In this document: positions 24,066 to 36,759 of the stretch, piece by piece
Position numbering within the stretch: the stretch's first letter is position 1
Layout of the letters: each line of letters opens with the position of its first letter
From: Hypanus sabinus
Lineage: Eukaryota
Assembly (NCBI RefSeq): GCF_030144855.1
Contig: NC_082719.1
Location: 56,978,001 to 57,042,000 of the forward strand
Reading direction: 5' to 3'
DNA: 64,000 nucleotides
Notes under the pieces: generated by a model
Seen by the model: the letters and a program-made list of their open reading frames with translations, nothing else
What the model was told of the DNA's origin: nothing
Database searches by the model: none
Made by a program: the position numbers and the translations under genes

Positions 24066-27000
24066 CACTACATAGGCAAGTTGGTTAGTTACTGCATCAC
24101 ATTCAACTCCATCTACCATATACTGCCACATTTGCCTAATTTTTATTAATAACTAGGATAATTAGTTTTTATTCTACTTAAAACTCTTTTCTGAATTGTT
24201 GCAATGCTGGAATAGCTTATTCATGTCAAAGCAAAGCTATATTTTTTGAAAAATTATGCCACAGCCAAGCAACTGTCTTTTCAGTCATATGAATTATAAC
24301 TTCATTATATTATTGGCCAAGTCATTGTGTTCCATTGAAAATCAAGTGCCTACGTCTTTCCCGTAAACCTACAAGTTAAAAAGACTTTGATCCATAAAGC
24401 ATTCAAATTAAAACACAAAACAATCTTGACATAACAAGGGTATGGATAACCTGTCACCACCACTGCTGTAGCTAGGAATGATGCACTGAGGAAATGGTAG
24501 GGAATACAATTTGAGAAAAAGCATACTTTACCTAGCTGGTATCTGGCAAAATTGTTATGTAGTTCAGTTTTCTTATTTTAAAATGCAGTATGAAGATAGT
24601 GATAAACACAACTTGTATACCTTGTCCATTATTGCACATCAACCCTCAACATCTGCTTCCCACCGAACAAGCATCAGCTTTCCCTTGCTTCAAGATGAAT
24701 ACTGATACATGACAGACACCACAATCATATGTATAGATGAATAACTCAAAGATGGTAAAGCAAGGATGGAATAGAGAATTTCCTTTCTTATCATTTACAC
24801 TGTGAAGCTCAGAACATACTTAATAGGATCCCAGGTCTGTAAGTGCCATGTTGTATTTTGTAACTTCAAAATATTAAACTAATTAAAGGAAAACACGGGG
24901 AGTCCAAAATATGGGTGTAGTCTGTATTTGCTTTAAGTGAGAAGTGCATATATCACGTGGTCGCATGATGAAGTATGCAAGTCATGTATTTTTACAAATA
25001 ACCCATAATTAGTCATTTAAATGAAGAATGATTAATCAAACCATGTATATAAAATATTATCAAAATATTATTGAAATGTTAAATACGCAACACTCCTCTC
25101 TCCTTTGCTATAAACTCCAACTCAATATAGAATGCATCTTAATTACAGTATAAACACAATATATCATATAATACAACTATATATAGACATCCACAGCATA
25201 GTACATTATAAATTGTCCCATTCAGGCTGAAAGATTTCATCCCTGTGGAGGATTTCTTACTCTTGTGGGATAACGTCCTTCCGGATAAGGGAGATCACTC
25301 TGCTTGGCAGGTGGGGCTTGTGACTGTGAAACAATCGCAGGTTCTGAGGCCTCCTCTGTGGTGACTGAAGGAGTTGACTCAGAGACTGCAGGAAGTGGCT
25401 CTGGCAGCTCTGGACACCTTTCTTCTCTTTCTCTCTCTCTGGATCAACTGCAATCCTTCTCTTTTTTCTCACCTCCCTTCTCTCTTTCACACCCTCATTT
25501 GATGAATCCTCTGTTTTCGTATCTCCATTGATTCCTTCTTTATGGCATTCCATTCATCCAGCTGGGGTCTGGTTTTGCATCTACTTTTACAAGTAGCTGT
25601 TTGTCTCTTACTTAAAGTTCCTGTAATAACTTAATGCACGCAGAGTATATTCTGATTCTTTATTCTCACAAAAACTGAATGCTTTCAACTTTCCTGAAGC
25701 TCCTCGAACTCTCTTGCTGCTTAAAACAAAGCCATATTTTATAAGTATCTGCCTGATCAACTTATCAGAAGCTTCTCAGCTACGTTGCCTGCAAACACAG
25801 TTGTAGTCAGAACAATGTTTCCATCACTTTCATGAATACTCTGAGCAGCATGGTCCTTCCTTGGTCCATGATGCTTTCCAACCAGAGGCACAGAGATTGA
25901 CACCAACACCCATTTATTCTCTTTTGGGCAATGATTCAACGTGTTCAGCATGGAGAGAATTGCGGCTTCATCCAGTACTTTTCTTAATTTACATTCAGTA
26001 AACTTTATTGCAGGAGATGTGGCTATAAATTGTGGATGGATCTCCAATTAAGTTGTAGTTGTCTCAGCCAATCACGTCCCCACAGTGCAAGTCCTTGTGT
26101 TTTTAAACCACATACAAACTCAATGTGGCTTATTAGTTGTTGTATTTCAGTATTACGGATGTCATTCCCAGAGGAGCCTTCTTTCCTCCAGTATAAGTTC
26201 TTAGTTGGATATCTGCAGGCTTCTTAATTACAGTAAAAGATAAGGGGAATCCATTTCAGCGTACGTGGCTGAATTGAAGGTATTGTCTGAGCATGGTCAG
26301 TTTGGTAATGGACTTAATGATACACTGAAAGAGCACTTAGTTTGTGTTTAGTTTAGTATCTTTGAAACACCATTCAAAATCATTTTGTGGAATGACTGAA
26401 ACAGCTGAACCAGTGTCCAATTCCATTTTATTTAAGTTGCTGTTCACATCTGGCATAAGCCATGTTGATTGTCTATTTTAATTTTCACACTGTAACTCTC
26501 AAGGCTACACAATCCTGTATCACTCTCATCATTATCAGATATCTCATCAATAGCATGCAGATTAGTGCTCTTTGTGAAACTGTAACTTGACTTTTTATCT
26601 TCATCTCTTCCCTGTACTGTCCATTTACGTTTGTCTGGAACATGCTTGTTGCACGTATCCTATATAGGGAGACCAGGCTGGTTTCAGTTTAGAGGTTGCA
26701 ATTTTGCTCATGTCCGCTTAAATTCCCGATTGCAACTTAGTTGCATCTCTGGTTGTTACTTCCATTGATACAATTTCAACTGCTCTTTGAATGCTTTCTC
26801 GTAAGATTACACAAACTAAGTGCTCTTTCAGTGTATCATTAAGTACATTACCAAACTGACCATGCTCAGACAATACCTTCAATTCAGCCACGTACGCTGA
26901 AATGGATTCCCCTTATCTTTTTATTTCACTTATGAAACCTAAAGTGTCCTGAAATCAACAATGGCTCGGATTCTAAATGTTCTTGCATCACAGTTACCTC

Positions 27001-27597
27001 GTCAGCAAAGCTCATTTCTGATGGTTTGATTGGAGTAGTTAAACTTCAAAACAAACTGTATGCCTGTAAACTCAATCAATATAGCAAAACTGGCACTTGC
27101 TTTTCATTGGCTATTTCATTTGCTTCAAAATACTGTTCCAATAGCTCAGTGTACATGAGCCATTGTGTAACAAAATCCAACTCATCAATTTTCCCACTGT
27201 AGGCAGCCATTTCCGCTTTTTTTACTATCACCCAGTATTCATTCCTTTTAAACCAGTGAATTCTTCCATTTCCATAATTTTTTTTACCAACTCGATCACG
27301 TCTTCCCTCCTGAGGAACATGTGCTACTCTGCTTCGCCATTCCTCACAAAGATTTTTTAGTCTGAAAGTCTCGCTATGCTCTAACACATTGGCAGCTGTC
27401 TCCGGTTCATTTTAAAAATAACTCAGTGCCAATGTATGTCTTATAACTTCAATATATTAAACTAATTAAAGATGTGGGGATTCCAAAATATGGATGTAGA
27501 TTGACTTTACTCTAAAAAAGGTGCACACATATCACATGATAGTGTGATGACATATGTAATTAATGTACTTTTACACACATATACACACACATATATA

Positions 27598-27906
27598 CGA
27601 GGGGTGATTGATAAGTTCATGGCCTAAGTTAGAAGGAGTCAATTTTAGAAAACCTAGCACATTTATTTTTTAACATAGTCCCCTCCTACATTTACACACT
27701 TAGTCCAGCGGCCATGGAGCATACGGATCTTGGAACTCCAGAAAGTGTCCACAGCTGGGTGATTGATAATTTTGTGGCCTATGGTAGAAGGAGATGAGTT
27801 ATACAGCTTTTGTTACATGCACATGCAGGTCAACTCTTTGAGTAATTATGCAGAAAGTTTGAAGTTAATAACTTATCTCCTACCTTAGGCCACGAACTTA
27901 TCAATC

Positions 27907-27908
<2 letters not shown>
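27598..27908. mobile_element. Tc1/mariner-type MITE inserted in an LTR
   Basis: TA followed by CGAGGGGTGATTGATAAGTTCATGGCCTAAG; inverted copy cttaggccacgaacttatcaatcac at the right end, which runs into (TG)n. An internal third TIR-like copy lies at ~27757-27793. Confidence 0.75.
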
Positions 27909-27942
<34 letters not shown>

Positions 27943-27958
27943 CGCGCACACACACACA
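27909..27958. repeat. (TG)n-(CG)n-(CA)n microsatellite
   Basis: Direct reading. Confidence 0.95.
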
Positions 27959-29528
27959 AAAGACCATTCAAATATTATTGAAATATGAAATATGAATCAT
28001 GCCATATTTTCATTCACTTTCTGTGTTTGCTCATTATCAAATACAGGTCTAGTGTCCATTGACAGCCCCCTGAATGCAGTCCTGGTGTACGTTGTTATTC
28101 AGATCACTGTATATGACTATACTACTAGATTGGTCCAAGTCACACCTGGTGATTATGTCACTCACATTATAGCACTTCTGGACCTCATTGATGGAGCTTC
28201 TCACTGATTTCATGAGCAAAGTATTTTGATATCCAGTCTTTCAAGAACTATTTAGATCTTCTTTCTGGAGTTGAATGATCCCAATAGTTCCCAGGAATGT
28301 CTCACAAATATTCATGAACTATTTCTACTGTTATACAGAATCAATAATGAGCAATATCTCTTTAAGCTGATATAGAGATGCTCAGATTAAAACACGTACA
28401 TACTCTCAAACACACTCAGTTAGACAAGTGAATATAAACACAGACTCATTCTTGTGATTGCCATCATGAGTGAAGCTTGGTAATATCCAGTATCAACAAA
28501 GAACCTATCAATCTGCCGCATTATGCATTTAACTTCAGTGGTTTGCGAAGATATGAAGATGCCAGGTAGCACGCTGGAAAAGGACTTGTATGGGAAATGG
28601 ATGAGGGCCAGGGATCTCTCACAATCATTGTTCGTGCAAGATGTAGTTAGCCTATCAGGCTGTCAACACCAGAGGTGACAATCTAAACAGTTACATTTTT
28701 TCCTTCTCTGTAGACTTCTCTATTTTGTACCCCTGCCCTTATCATTGATAAGGATGGCGTTTCTCTCATGGTGTTCTGTCAAATGCATAGAACCATGTAC
28801 CTCCAAACCTGATATTTTCAACTAAAAGATCATGTATGTTTAGTTAGATCTATTTCAAGAGAAGAGCTTTGATTGATGTTTATCAGAAACAATCAAGAGT
28901 TCAGCAGGAATAATTGTGCTTTAATTCAGAGAAGGGAGATATACTTCAACCAATACAATTGTAGCTTAATCTTTTCTCCATTTCATTGGTCACCTAACAA
29001 TCTCCAGGAAGCAGTGTTAGATGATAAATTTAAAACAATGTTAAATTTAATTCAAAGGCTCCTAACTGAATGAATCAAGTCAGATGCTCACAGGTACATC
29101 TCTGCTGCAGTCAAATGTAGGTTTCTTGGAGCCACATTGTGACCACAATACTAAACTCTAATAACTCAAATCTGCATTTACTTACCATCATCCACAAACC
29201 TCCCTCACCATTCCACTCAACGCTCACCAATTTTGATGGTATTTAGCAATTCAGATCCTGTAATGAATGTTTTACTGCTTTGGTTTTATTTGATCTGGAA
29301 TTGAATGTTATTGTTATTGTATACTTGTATATAACACTATGAAAGACAGAAATATATCTGGTGGTTTGATTTTATTTAACCAGGAAGATCATCTTGAAAA
29401 AGGTTTAATTAGATCTGTGTAACAATTTTCATCAGTTTACATAACAATTTTCAGAACTTCAGTGAAAAAGCACGACTGAAGAAATCAGCTCACAATAAAG
29501 AAGCAGTACTTCTAAATGAACAGGGAGA

Positions 29529-29800
29529 TTTATTTTAGAGATACAGCACAGAACAGGCCCTTCTGGCGCACTGCCCACCTCTCTGCCCAGCAACCCACCG
29601 ATTTAAATCACAGGACAATATACAATGACCAAATAACCTACGAGCTGGTAGGCCTCTGGACTGTGGGAGGAAACTGGAGCAGCCATAGGAAACCAACGCG
29701 CACATGCAAAGAACGCACTTATTACAGAGGACGCCAGAACTGAACTTTAAACTCCATTGCCCCAAGCTACAACAGTGTTGTGCTGACTGCCACACTACCA
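29529..29800 (-). mobile_element. V-SINE (HE1-like)
   Basis: Homologous to 4408-4700 (gagatacagc..., ggactgtgggaggaaactggagc). Confidence 0.7.
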
Positions 29801-30387
29801 CAATGCCCCAGAGACAAAGAGAAGAAAATAATGCAATGCACATTCATTACAAAGAACAATACTTTTCAGTATCTATGTCATAGCAGGTATTATTTTAGAT
29901 TGCAATATTCCATTTCGGTGTACAGAAAAAGGGTATCAAACATATTAAATAAAAATCCCACAAGAAGTGTTGCTAATAAATCAGCAGATAGGGTACATTT
30001 GCAAGGATGAAAACACTAAACTATGTAATGCATAATGCAGTATTCTGATAACAAGGTGTACCTGTGCATGACAGATATATCTTTTTCAATTTCAATGTGT
30101 AATTTTTGTACAGTAACAGCCCAAAATCAATGCTGTTAAATTAGAAAATCAATTAGAGATTATTTTAAGCACATTGGGTACTTTCAATGGATTGGATCTT
30201 TGCCAAGATCAGATGAATCTAGAAGGAAATAACTGCTTTTTCTTCTTTAATTACTTTAAAGCCAATTCTGCCTCAGCGAAAAAATGCAAAGCACGGTGAA
30301 ATTTCAGTTTCAAGTCACTCATGGTGAATCAGAGCATATGTAGGCTTGTAACATTGCCAATATATTTGAAGTAGCAATAATAGCCTA

Positions 30388-30633
30388 GGTAGCCACCAGT
30401 CTGAAGGAATGAATATCAATTTCTCCTTCCAGTAATTATTATTTTCTTCCTCCCCCTTCCCTTTTCTGTTCCCCACTCTGCTTGCCTATCAACACCTCCT
30501 GATGCCCCTCCGCTCCTATCAGGTTCCTTCTTCAGCAGTCCATTATCTTTCCCACTCACCAATCACCTATCCAGTCCTTCACCTTCCCTCCCCTTTTTTA
30601 TTTTGGCATCTTCCTCCTTCCTTTCCACTCCTG
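30388..30633 (+). mobile_element. Penelope-like 3' fragment (pyrimidine-rich UTR, ends just before the hammerhead core)
   Basis: Degenerate reverse-complement similarity to 9890-10200 (ggtagccaccagtctga..atgaatatcaatttctcc); ends ...ctttccactcctg. Confidence 0.55.
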
Positions 30634-33310
30634 TGCTGAACAACTTGCTGGAGTGTTCATTGAGATCTTTAGCCTCGCACTTTAGCAGCCTGAGGTACAG
30701 GTGGCTAAGAACGTGAAGGCCTGCCACAATGACTGTCATCCATTTGCACTTACATCCATAGTGATGAAGTCCTTAGTTATGAAGAAGATGGTGCCGATGA
30801 ACAACGTGACCAAAGACGAAATCTTTCAATCAGTTCACAGAACTACTACTTCTTTCAAATATGATTCTGCTACTAATCTGTGTGCAATTGGAACTTACAG
30901 TTTACGTTTAGATGGTGTGTTTTCAGGCCAATTGAGTGATCTGGCATTTTGCTGACTCTGAGGAAGTTGGTGCGGTTTTGAGTGGAGTGTGTGGCCTGGA
31001 GGCACGAGGCCACGATTGACCCCATTTTTTGCTAAGACGTCGAGCAAGATTGAAATCAATGAGGACAAGAGTAGAAGATGAGTGGGTGTCCAGCGCCGTC
31101 TGCTTGTGTTTGACCGGTGTCGCTCTCTCTCTCCCTCACGGTGCTGCCAGAGTCTTGGGTCTTGGGGATCACTTAACCAACGCAGTTTGTGGATTGGACT
31201 CTGCAGTTCATGTTATGTGTTTCTGGTTGCTCCTTTTTTTAATTGCTATTTTATACGATTTTGATTGGAGCAGACTGGCTCTACGACCTGCAATCAACAA
31301 ATGATACAGTGCTAAACTGAACTGAACACTTCCAGATTGTTTCAATGACTCTGTTGCTTGATGTTGGATATTCTGCATTTCTTGTTTTTTTGCTGTTTGC
31401 ATGATCTGTCCATTTGTTTTTGCAAGTTGCATATTTAATGTTTCCTTTGTATGGCTGCCCTGGTATTATGCAGTATACAACCTCTCTGGGTTGTATACTG
31501 AGCAACAGGTTCACAGCAGATGCCACCACACTGGCTCTTCACTCAACCCCGGAGCATCCTGTCAGCAAAGATGCATTCATCAGAATGCCCTTTATTGAGT
31601 ACAGCTCAGCATTCAATACCATCTTCACCTCAAAACTAATCAATAAGCTCTGAGATCTTGGCCTGAATACCTACTTGTGCAATTGGGTCTTCGATTTCCT
31701 CACGAAGATCCCAGTCAGTTTAGATTAGCAACAACATCTCCATTAGTACAGGCACACCACAAGGCTGTGTGCTTGGTCCCCTGCTCTCCTTACTTTACAC
31801 TTGGGGACCGGACAGGATATACCCCATGCTACTGTGGAAAGCAAGGGAAGAGGTTGCTGAGCCTTCAGCAATGATCTTTGCATCGGAGGGGTTCCAGGGG
31901 GTTGGAGGGTTGTGGATGTTGTTCCCTTATTCAAGAAAGGGTGTAGGGATAGCCCAGGAAATTATAGACCAGTGAGTCTTGCTTATGATTAGGAATAGTC
32001 AGCATGGCTTTGTCAAAGGCAGGTCATGCCTTAAGAGCCTGATTGAATTCTTTGAGGATGTGACTGGATACATTAATGAAGGTAGAACCATAGATATAGT
32101 GTATATGGATTTCAGTAAGGCATTTGATAAGGTACCGCATGCAAGGCTTATCGAGAAAGTAAGGAGGTATGGGATCCAAGGGGACATTGCTTTGTGGATC
32201 TAGAGCTGGCTTGCCCACAGAAGGCAAACAGTAGTTATAGACATCTCATATTCTCCATGGAGGCCGGTGACCAGTGGTGTGCCTCTGGTAGGGACCCTAC
32301 TCTGCATGATTTTTAGAACTGACCTGGGTGAGGAAATGGATAGCTGGGTTAGTAAATATGCTGATGACACAAAGGTTGGGGGTGCTGTGGATAGTGTGGA
32401 GGACTGTCAGAGGTCACAACGGGACATTGATAGGATGCAAAACTGGGCTGAGAAGTGGCAGATGGAGTTCAACCCAGATAAGTGTGAGGTGGTTCATTTT
32501 AGTAGGTCAAATATTATGGCAGAATATAGCATTAATGGTAAGATTCTTGGCAGTGTAGAAGATCAGAGGGATCTTGGGGTCAGAGTCCATAGGACACCCA
32601 AAGCTGCTACGCAGGTTGACTCTGTGGTTATGAAGACATACAGTGCACTGGCCTTCATCAATCGTGGGATTGAGTTTAAGAGCCAAAAGATAAGGTTGCA
32701 GCTATATAGGACCCTGGTCAGACCCCATTTGAAGTGCTGTGCTCAATTCAGGTCGCCTCACTACGGGAAGGATGTGGAAACCATAGGAAGGGTGTAGAGG
32801 AGATCTACAAGGATGTTGCCTGGATCAGGAAACATGTCTTATGAGAATAGGTTGAGTGAACTTGGCCTTTCCTCCTTGCAGTGACAGGGGATGAGAGGTG
32901 ACCTGATAGAGGTGTAGAAGACGATGAAAGGCATTGATTGTGTGGATAGGCAGGAGCTTTTTCCCTGGGGCTGAAATGGCTAGCATGAGAGGGCACAGTT
33001 TTAAGGTGCTTGGAAGTAGGTACAGAGGCGATGTCAGGGGTAAGTTTTTTTACTCAGAGAGTGGTGAGTGCGTGAAATGGGCTGCCAGCGGTGGTGGTGG
33101 AGGTGGAAATGATAGGGTCTTTTAAGAGACTCCTGGATAGGTACATGGAGCTTAGAAAAATAGAAGGTTATGGATAAGCCTAGGTAGTTCTAAGGTAAGG
33201 TCATGTTTGGCACAGCTTTGTGGGCTGAAGGGTCTGTATTGTGCTGTAGGTTTTCTATGTTTCTATGTTTATGACTGTGTGGCATAGCACACCTGTAATA
33301 CCATATTCAA
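30634..33310 (+). mobile_element. Fragmented Rex1-like LINE hosting two later insertions (~30780-31530 unclassified; 31803-33268 CR1)
   Basis: RT pieces at 30634-30780 (FALTSIVMK), 31530-31802 (YSSAFNTI, PQGCVLGPLLS) and 33269-33310. The host reading ctttacactt|atgactgtgtggc is split by the CR1. Confidence 0.7.
31803..33268 (+). mobile_element. CR1 LINE, 5'-truncated, RT and 3' UTR
   Basis: SQHGFVKGRSCL, YMDFSKAFDKVPH, SGVP, KYADDTK, WQMEFNPDKC, YRTLVRPHL; (ttctatg)n tail. Confidence 0.93.
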
Positions 33311-33468
33311 TATTTTAAAATATAGATTCCCAACAATGTTTGGTAGCTCAAATATACTAAATCTGTTATTTTTCCTGTTTATTTTATGCTGTAGAACTTG
33401 TCATAATAACTAACTCTCTTTTTCAAAATGATGGCATCTATACACACATTGCAAGTGTGTATTTAATA

Positions 33469-34265
33469 CAGAAGATTCTGGTTAATTGGTTCAGCAGTTT
33501 ATTGGGGCAGCCTTTTATTTGGGACAACACTTAAAGAACAAAAACTAATTAAGAATATAGCAAGGATTCTCTTTGTTCATTTGGAGCACTATGCCACTTA
33601 ATCAGGACAAGAGACTGTTGCTGAACATTTTCTAATTAGTATCAGCCATATGGACTTATGAGGCCATTAGACATAATACAGTACTAAAATAGTGCCAGGT
33701 GTGTGTTTGCATTCAAAGAAACTGATTTTTATCACTGACCGTTGATGAGAAATAAGCATTGGAAAATGTTGAAACTTCTGCTCACTGTGGTTTCAAACAT
33801 TCAGGCTTGCAGATGGCAAAAACAACCAGGAGCTAGGAGTAATGATTTCACTACTCCAACAACTTAAGAATTACAAAGTATTTGAAGCTATTGACAGTCA
33901 TCTTCAATGTTACAATGAAAATGAAGATTTGTAGGATGAAAGCATTGTATGAAGGCACATTATTTGCACTAAGTGTCTGTGCTGATTTTGTTCATTTTGT
34001 TCATTCAAAAGAACTTGGTAGCATACACTGCACAAATTCTTCCATGAATAACTATTAGGAAATAATACACAGCTTTGTAGTATTCTAGTAACATTGGAAG
34101 TGTTCTAATGTGTTCTATATTTCATTTAAATGCATAACATGTTGCTTAGTTAAATTGTGTTTTGTCTTTTTGATACCTTTTAAACTATTTCTATGAAACT
34201 TTGTCTAATTGGGCAGCTGCTTAATTGGGCCAAACTGTACTAGTCCCAATATGTCCAAATTAACT
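33469..34265. mobile_element. Probable non-autonomous Tigger/pogo-like DNA transposon
   Basis: TA-CAG start; terminal motifs ggttaattgg/attggggcagc at left and gctgcttaattgggcc...ccaaattaac at right form degenerate inverted ends. Confidence 0.45.
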
Positions 34266-34363
34266 ATATTTAAATTAAAATTAAATAGGATTCTCTGCAT
34301 TGGTATAATTAGAAAAGGATGATTTTAATAGTGGCAACTATCACTGGTGAATTTAGAATGGGG

Positions 34364-35088
34364 TGTGTTAGTTGCACTGAGGCAAGGTTTTTTTTTCTTT
34401 TTCAATCTTTTTATTGAGTTTCATATAAATATATAAAAAAACATAACATAATAATGAATAGGTTATGAATACAATAGAATTGAAATTACATTAATAATAA
34501 GATAATAATATCCTATTAAACATCAACAAAAAAAAGTACATTAATCAATCAAGTCTATATAACTATATATGAAAAAAAACAAAAATAATCATCAAAAGAA
34601 AAAGAAAAAAAATTGGAAAATATATAAAAGAGAATATATATTGAAAAAAAACAATAAACTACTAAACTAAACTAATGAGGCAAGGGTTAACATAATATAT
34701 ATGCCAAGATTGAGTTCAGACAACCCAGGCAAGAAACGTCTTTGAAGAGTATAGCTTCTCTTTGCATGGTCTGAAGACAAGATCAGCAATCCAAAACACA
34801 GGCAACTGAGGGACAACTGTTTTACTAACTTTAAAGCATCATTCATTGTCATCTTGCAGTTTCCATTACTTTTAACACTTCTGTGAATGGTGATTTATCT
34901 TACAAATAAGGAATACAAATATATCAAATTTACCAAAAGGTCAATATCATTACTGATGATAATAATCACGTTGTTTTGTTCAAACTTCAGAAGAGCATGC
35001 AGACAGAGGCCATATTGCTGTCCTTGTGCACAAAGTAAAGAATGTGTGAGTAGTGTTCTGGGTCCATTTAGCTTATTTTATTATCAGA
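34364..35088 (+). repeat. ERV 5' LTR (interrupted at 34388-34675)
   Basis: Collinear with 40968-41458 (gcaagggttaac, gtctttgaa, agggacaa, aatttaccaaa, acttcagaa blocks). Confidence 0.85.
34388..34675 (-). mobile_element. Poly(A)-tailed retroposon 3' end (L1-like) inserted in the ERV LTR
   Basis: T-run and tttatt(g) at left; very AT-rich; 10-bp TSD tgaggcaagg (34378-34387 / 34676-34685). Confidence 0.75.
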
Positions 35089-36388
35089 ATCAGATTGAAT
35101 ATCACCAGCATATGTTGTGAAAATCATTTTGGAGCAGCAGCACAATTGCAATACACAATAACTTTAAAAACTGTAATTTACAGTAAATTATCATTGAAGT
35201 ATCAGTAAAGAACCACTGAGTGTGTGCCTTCAGGCTCTTGTACCTCCTCACTGATGGCAGCAAAGAGAAAAGAGCATGTCCTGCATAATGGAGATCCTTA
35301 ACGTTGGATACCTCCTTTTTGAGGCATTGCTCCTTCTGGATGTACTGGACACTGGGAAGGCTAGTGCTCATAATGAAGCTGATTCTGTTCACCACTTTCA
35401 ATTCTGTGGAGTGCCCCTCCCACCAGAATGTGATGCAGCTGGTTAAAACTCTCCTCCACAGTACACCTGTAGAAATTTGAGAGTGTCACTGCTGACATGC
35501 CAAACCTCTACAAATTCCTAATGACGCAGAATTGCTTTGAAACTGCATCAAGCTGCTAGGCCCAGCATAGATCCTCAGAGACGCTGACACCCAGGAACAT
35601 TAAATTCCTCGCTCTTTCCACTACTGATCTCTCAATGAGGACTGGTATCTGTACTCTCATCTTACCCTTCTTGAAGTCCACAATCAATTTATTAGTCTTA
35701 CTGCCATTGAGAGCAAAGTTGGTGTTGTGACACCACTCAACCAGCAGATCTCTCTCTCTCTCCTGTATTCCTTCTCGTCATCATCTGAAATTCTGCCAAC
35801 AATTTGTGCCATCAATAATAGTTGTGTCATCAGTAAATTTATTTATGGCATTTGAGCTATGTCTAACCACACAGCTATGGGTGTAGAGAGAGTAGAGCAG
35901 TGGGCTAAGCACACATCCCTGAGGTGTGCTAGTGTTAATTATCAGTGAGGTGAAGTTGTTATTTCCAATCTGCACAGACTGTGGCCTTTCAGTGAGGATC
36001 CAGATGCAGAAGCCATTACAGAGGCCCAAGTTTTGGAACTTTTTGATGAGAATCATAGAAATGATTGTATTAAACATTGAGTTGTAGTTAATGAATGGCA
36101 GCCTGGCACAAATATTGGTAATGTCCTGGTGATCCAAGGCCATGTTAAGATCCAATGAGATCACATCAGCTGTACACCTATTGTGATGATAGGCAAATTG
36201 TAGTGGGTCTAGGTCCTCACTTAGGCAGGAGTTGATTCTAGCCTCTCAAAGCATTTCATCACCATAGATGTGAGAGCTAATGGACGACAGACACTCACCT
36301 TCTTCTTCTTGGGCACTGGTATGATTTTTGTCCATTTGAAGCAGGTGGAAACTTCTGAATGTAGAAGTGAGAGACTGAAAATGTCTTG
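35085..36388 (-). mobile_element. Rex1/Babar-like LINE fragment inserted between ERV LTR and PBS
   Basis: ORF 35781-36164: NYNSMFNTI, PQGCVLSPLLYSLYTH, KFTDDTT. (atcaga)n tail at left. Confidence 0.85.
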
Positions 36389-36396
36389 GAGTTACT

Positions 36397-36414
36397 TGAA
36401 GGTTCTACCAAAAT
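36397..36414 (+). promoter_or_regulatory. ERV primer-binding site, tRNA-Gln-like
   Basis: TGAAGGTTCTACCAAAAT versus TGGAGGTTCCACCGAGAT: 14/18, all mismatches transitions. Positioned where the LTR would end once the LINE is removed. Confidence 0.65.
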
Positions 36415-36759
36415 GGCTAAACTTTCACTTCATTATACAGGAGAAAGGAATTCAGTCCTGGTAGCTGATCAGTCCAAATCTGATCAGCACATATCTGAGC
36501 AGGGGACCAAGTCTGGTGCTGAAACACAAATGTCCTTTTGTGTCGAGAGGTCAAGGTTCACCAACACCTTAGTTGCAGACATAGAAAGCTGCAGCATTAA
36601 AAAGGGAGGGAGGGGGAGAGTCTCTCTCTCTCCCTCTCTCTTCTCTCCCCCCCTCCCCCACCCCCAGCATAGAGGTCCCCTGTCTTAGGCCTCTAAAGAA
36701 CTCTGTGGTGGCATGCATGTTTCTATATTATGCACTAGAAAACACTATGCTGAGACGTA

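Larger units (their letters stand above)
24849..27999 (-). mobile_element. Old, internally deleted Gypsy LTR retrotransposon (short AT-rich LTRs)
   Basis: LTRs ~24849-25092 and ~27432-27999 (the latter interrupted). TSD TGCCA (24844-24848 / 28000-28004). Minus-strand gag MAAYSGKIDE..WLMYTELLEQYFEANEI, protease MELDTGSAVSVI (~26390-26426), IN tail RYPTRVRNPP (~25245-25280), PPT at ~25093-25107. Most of RT/RH/IN is missing. Confidence 0.88.
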
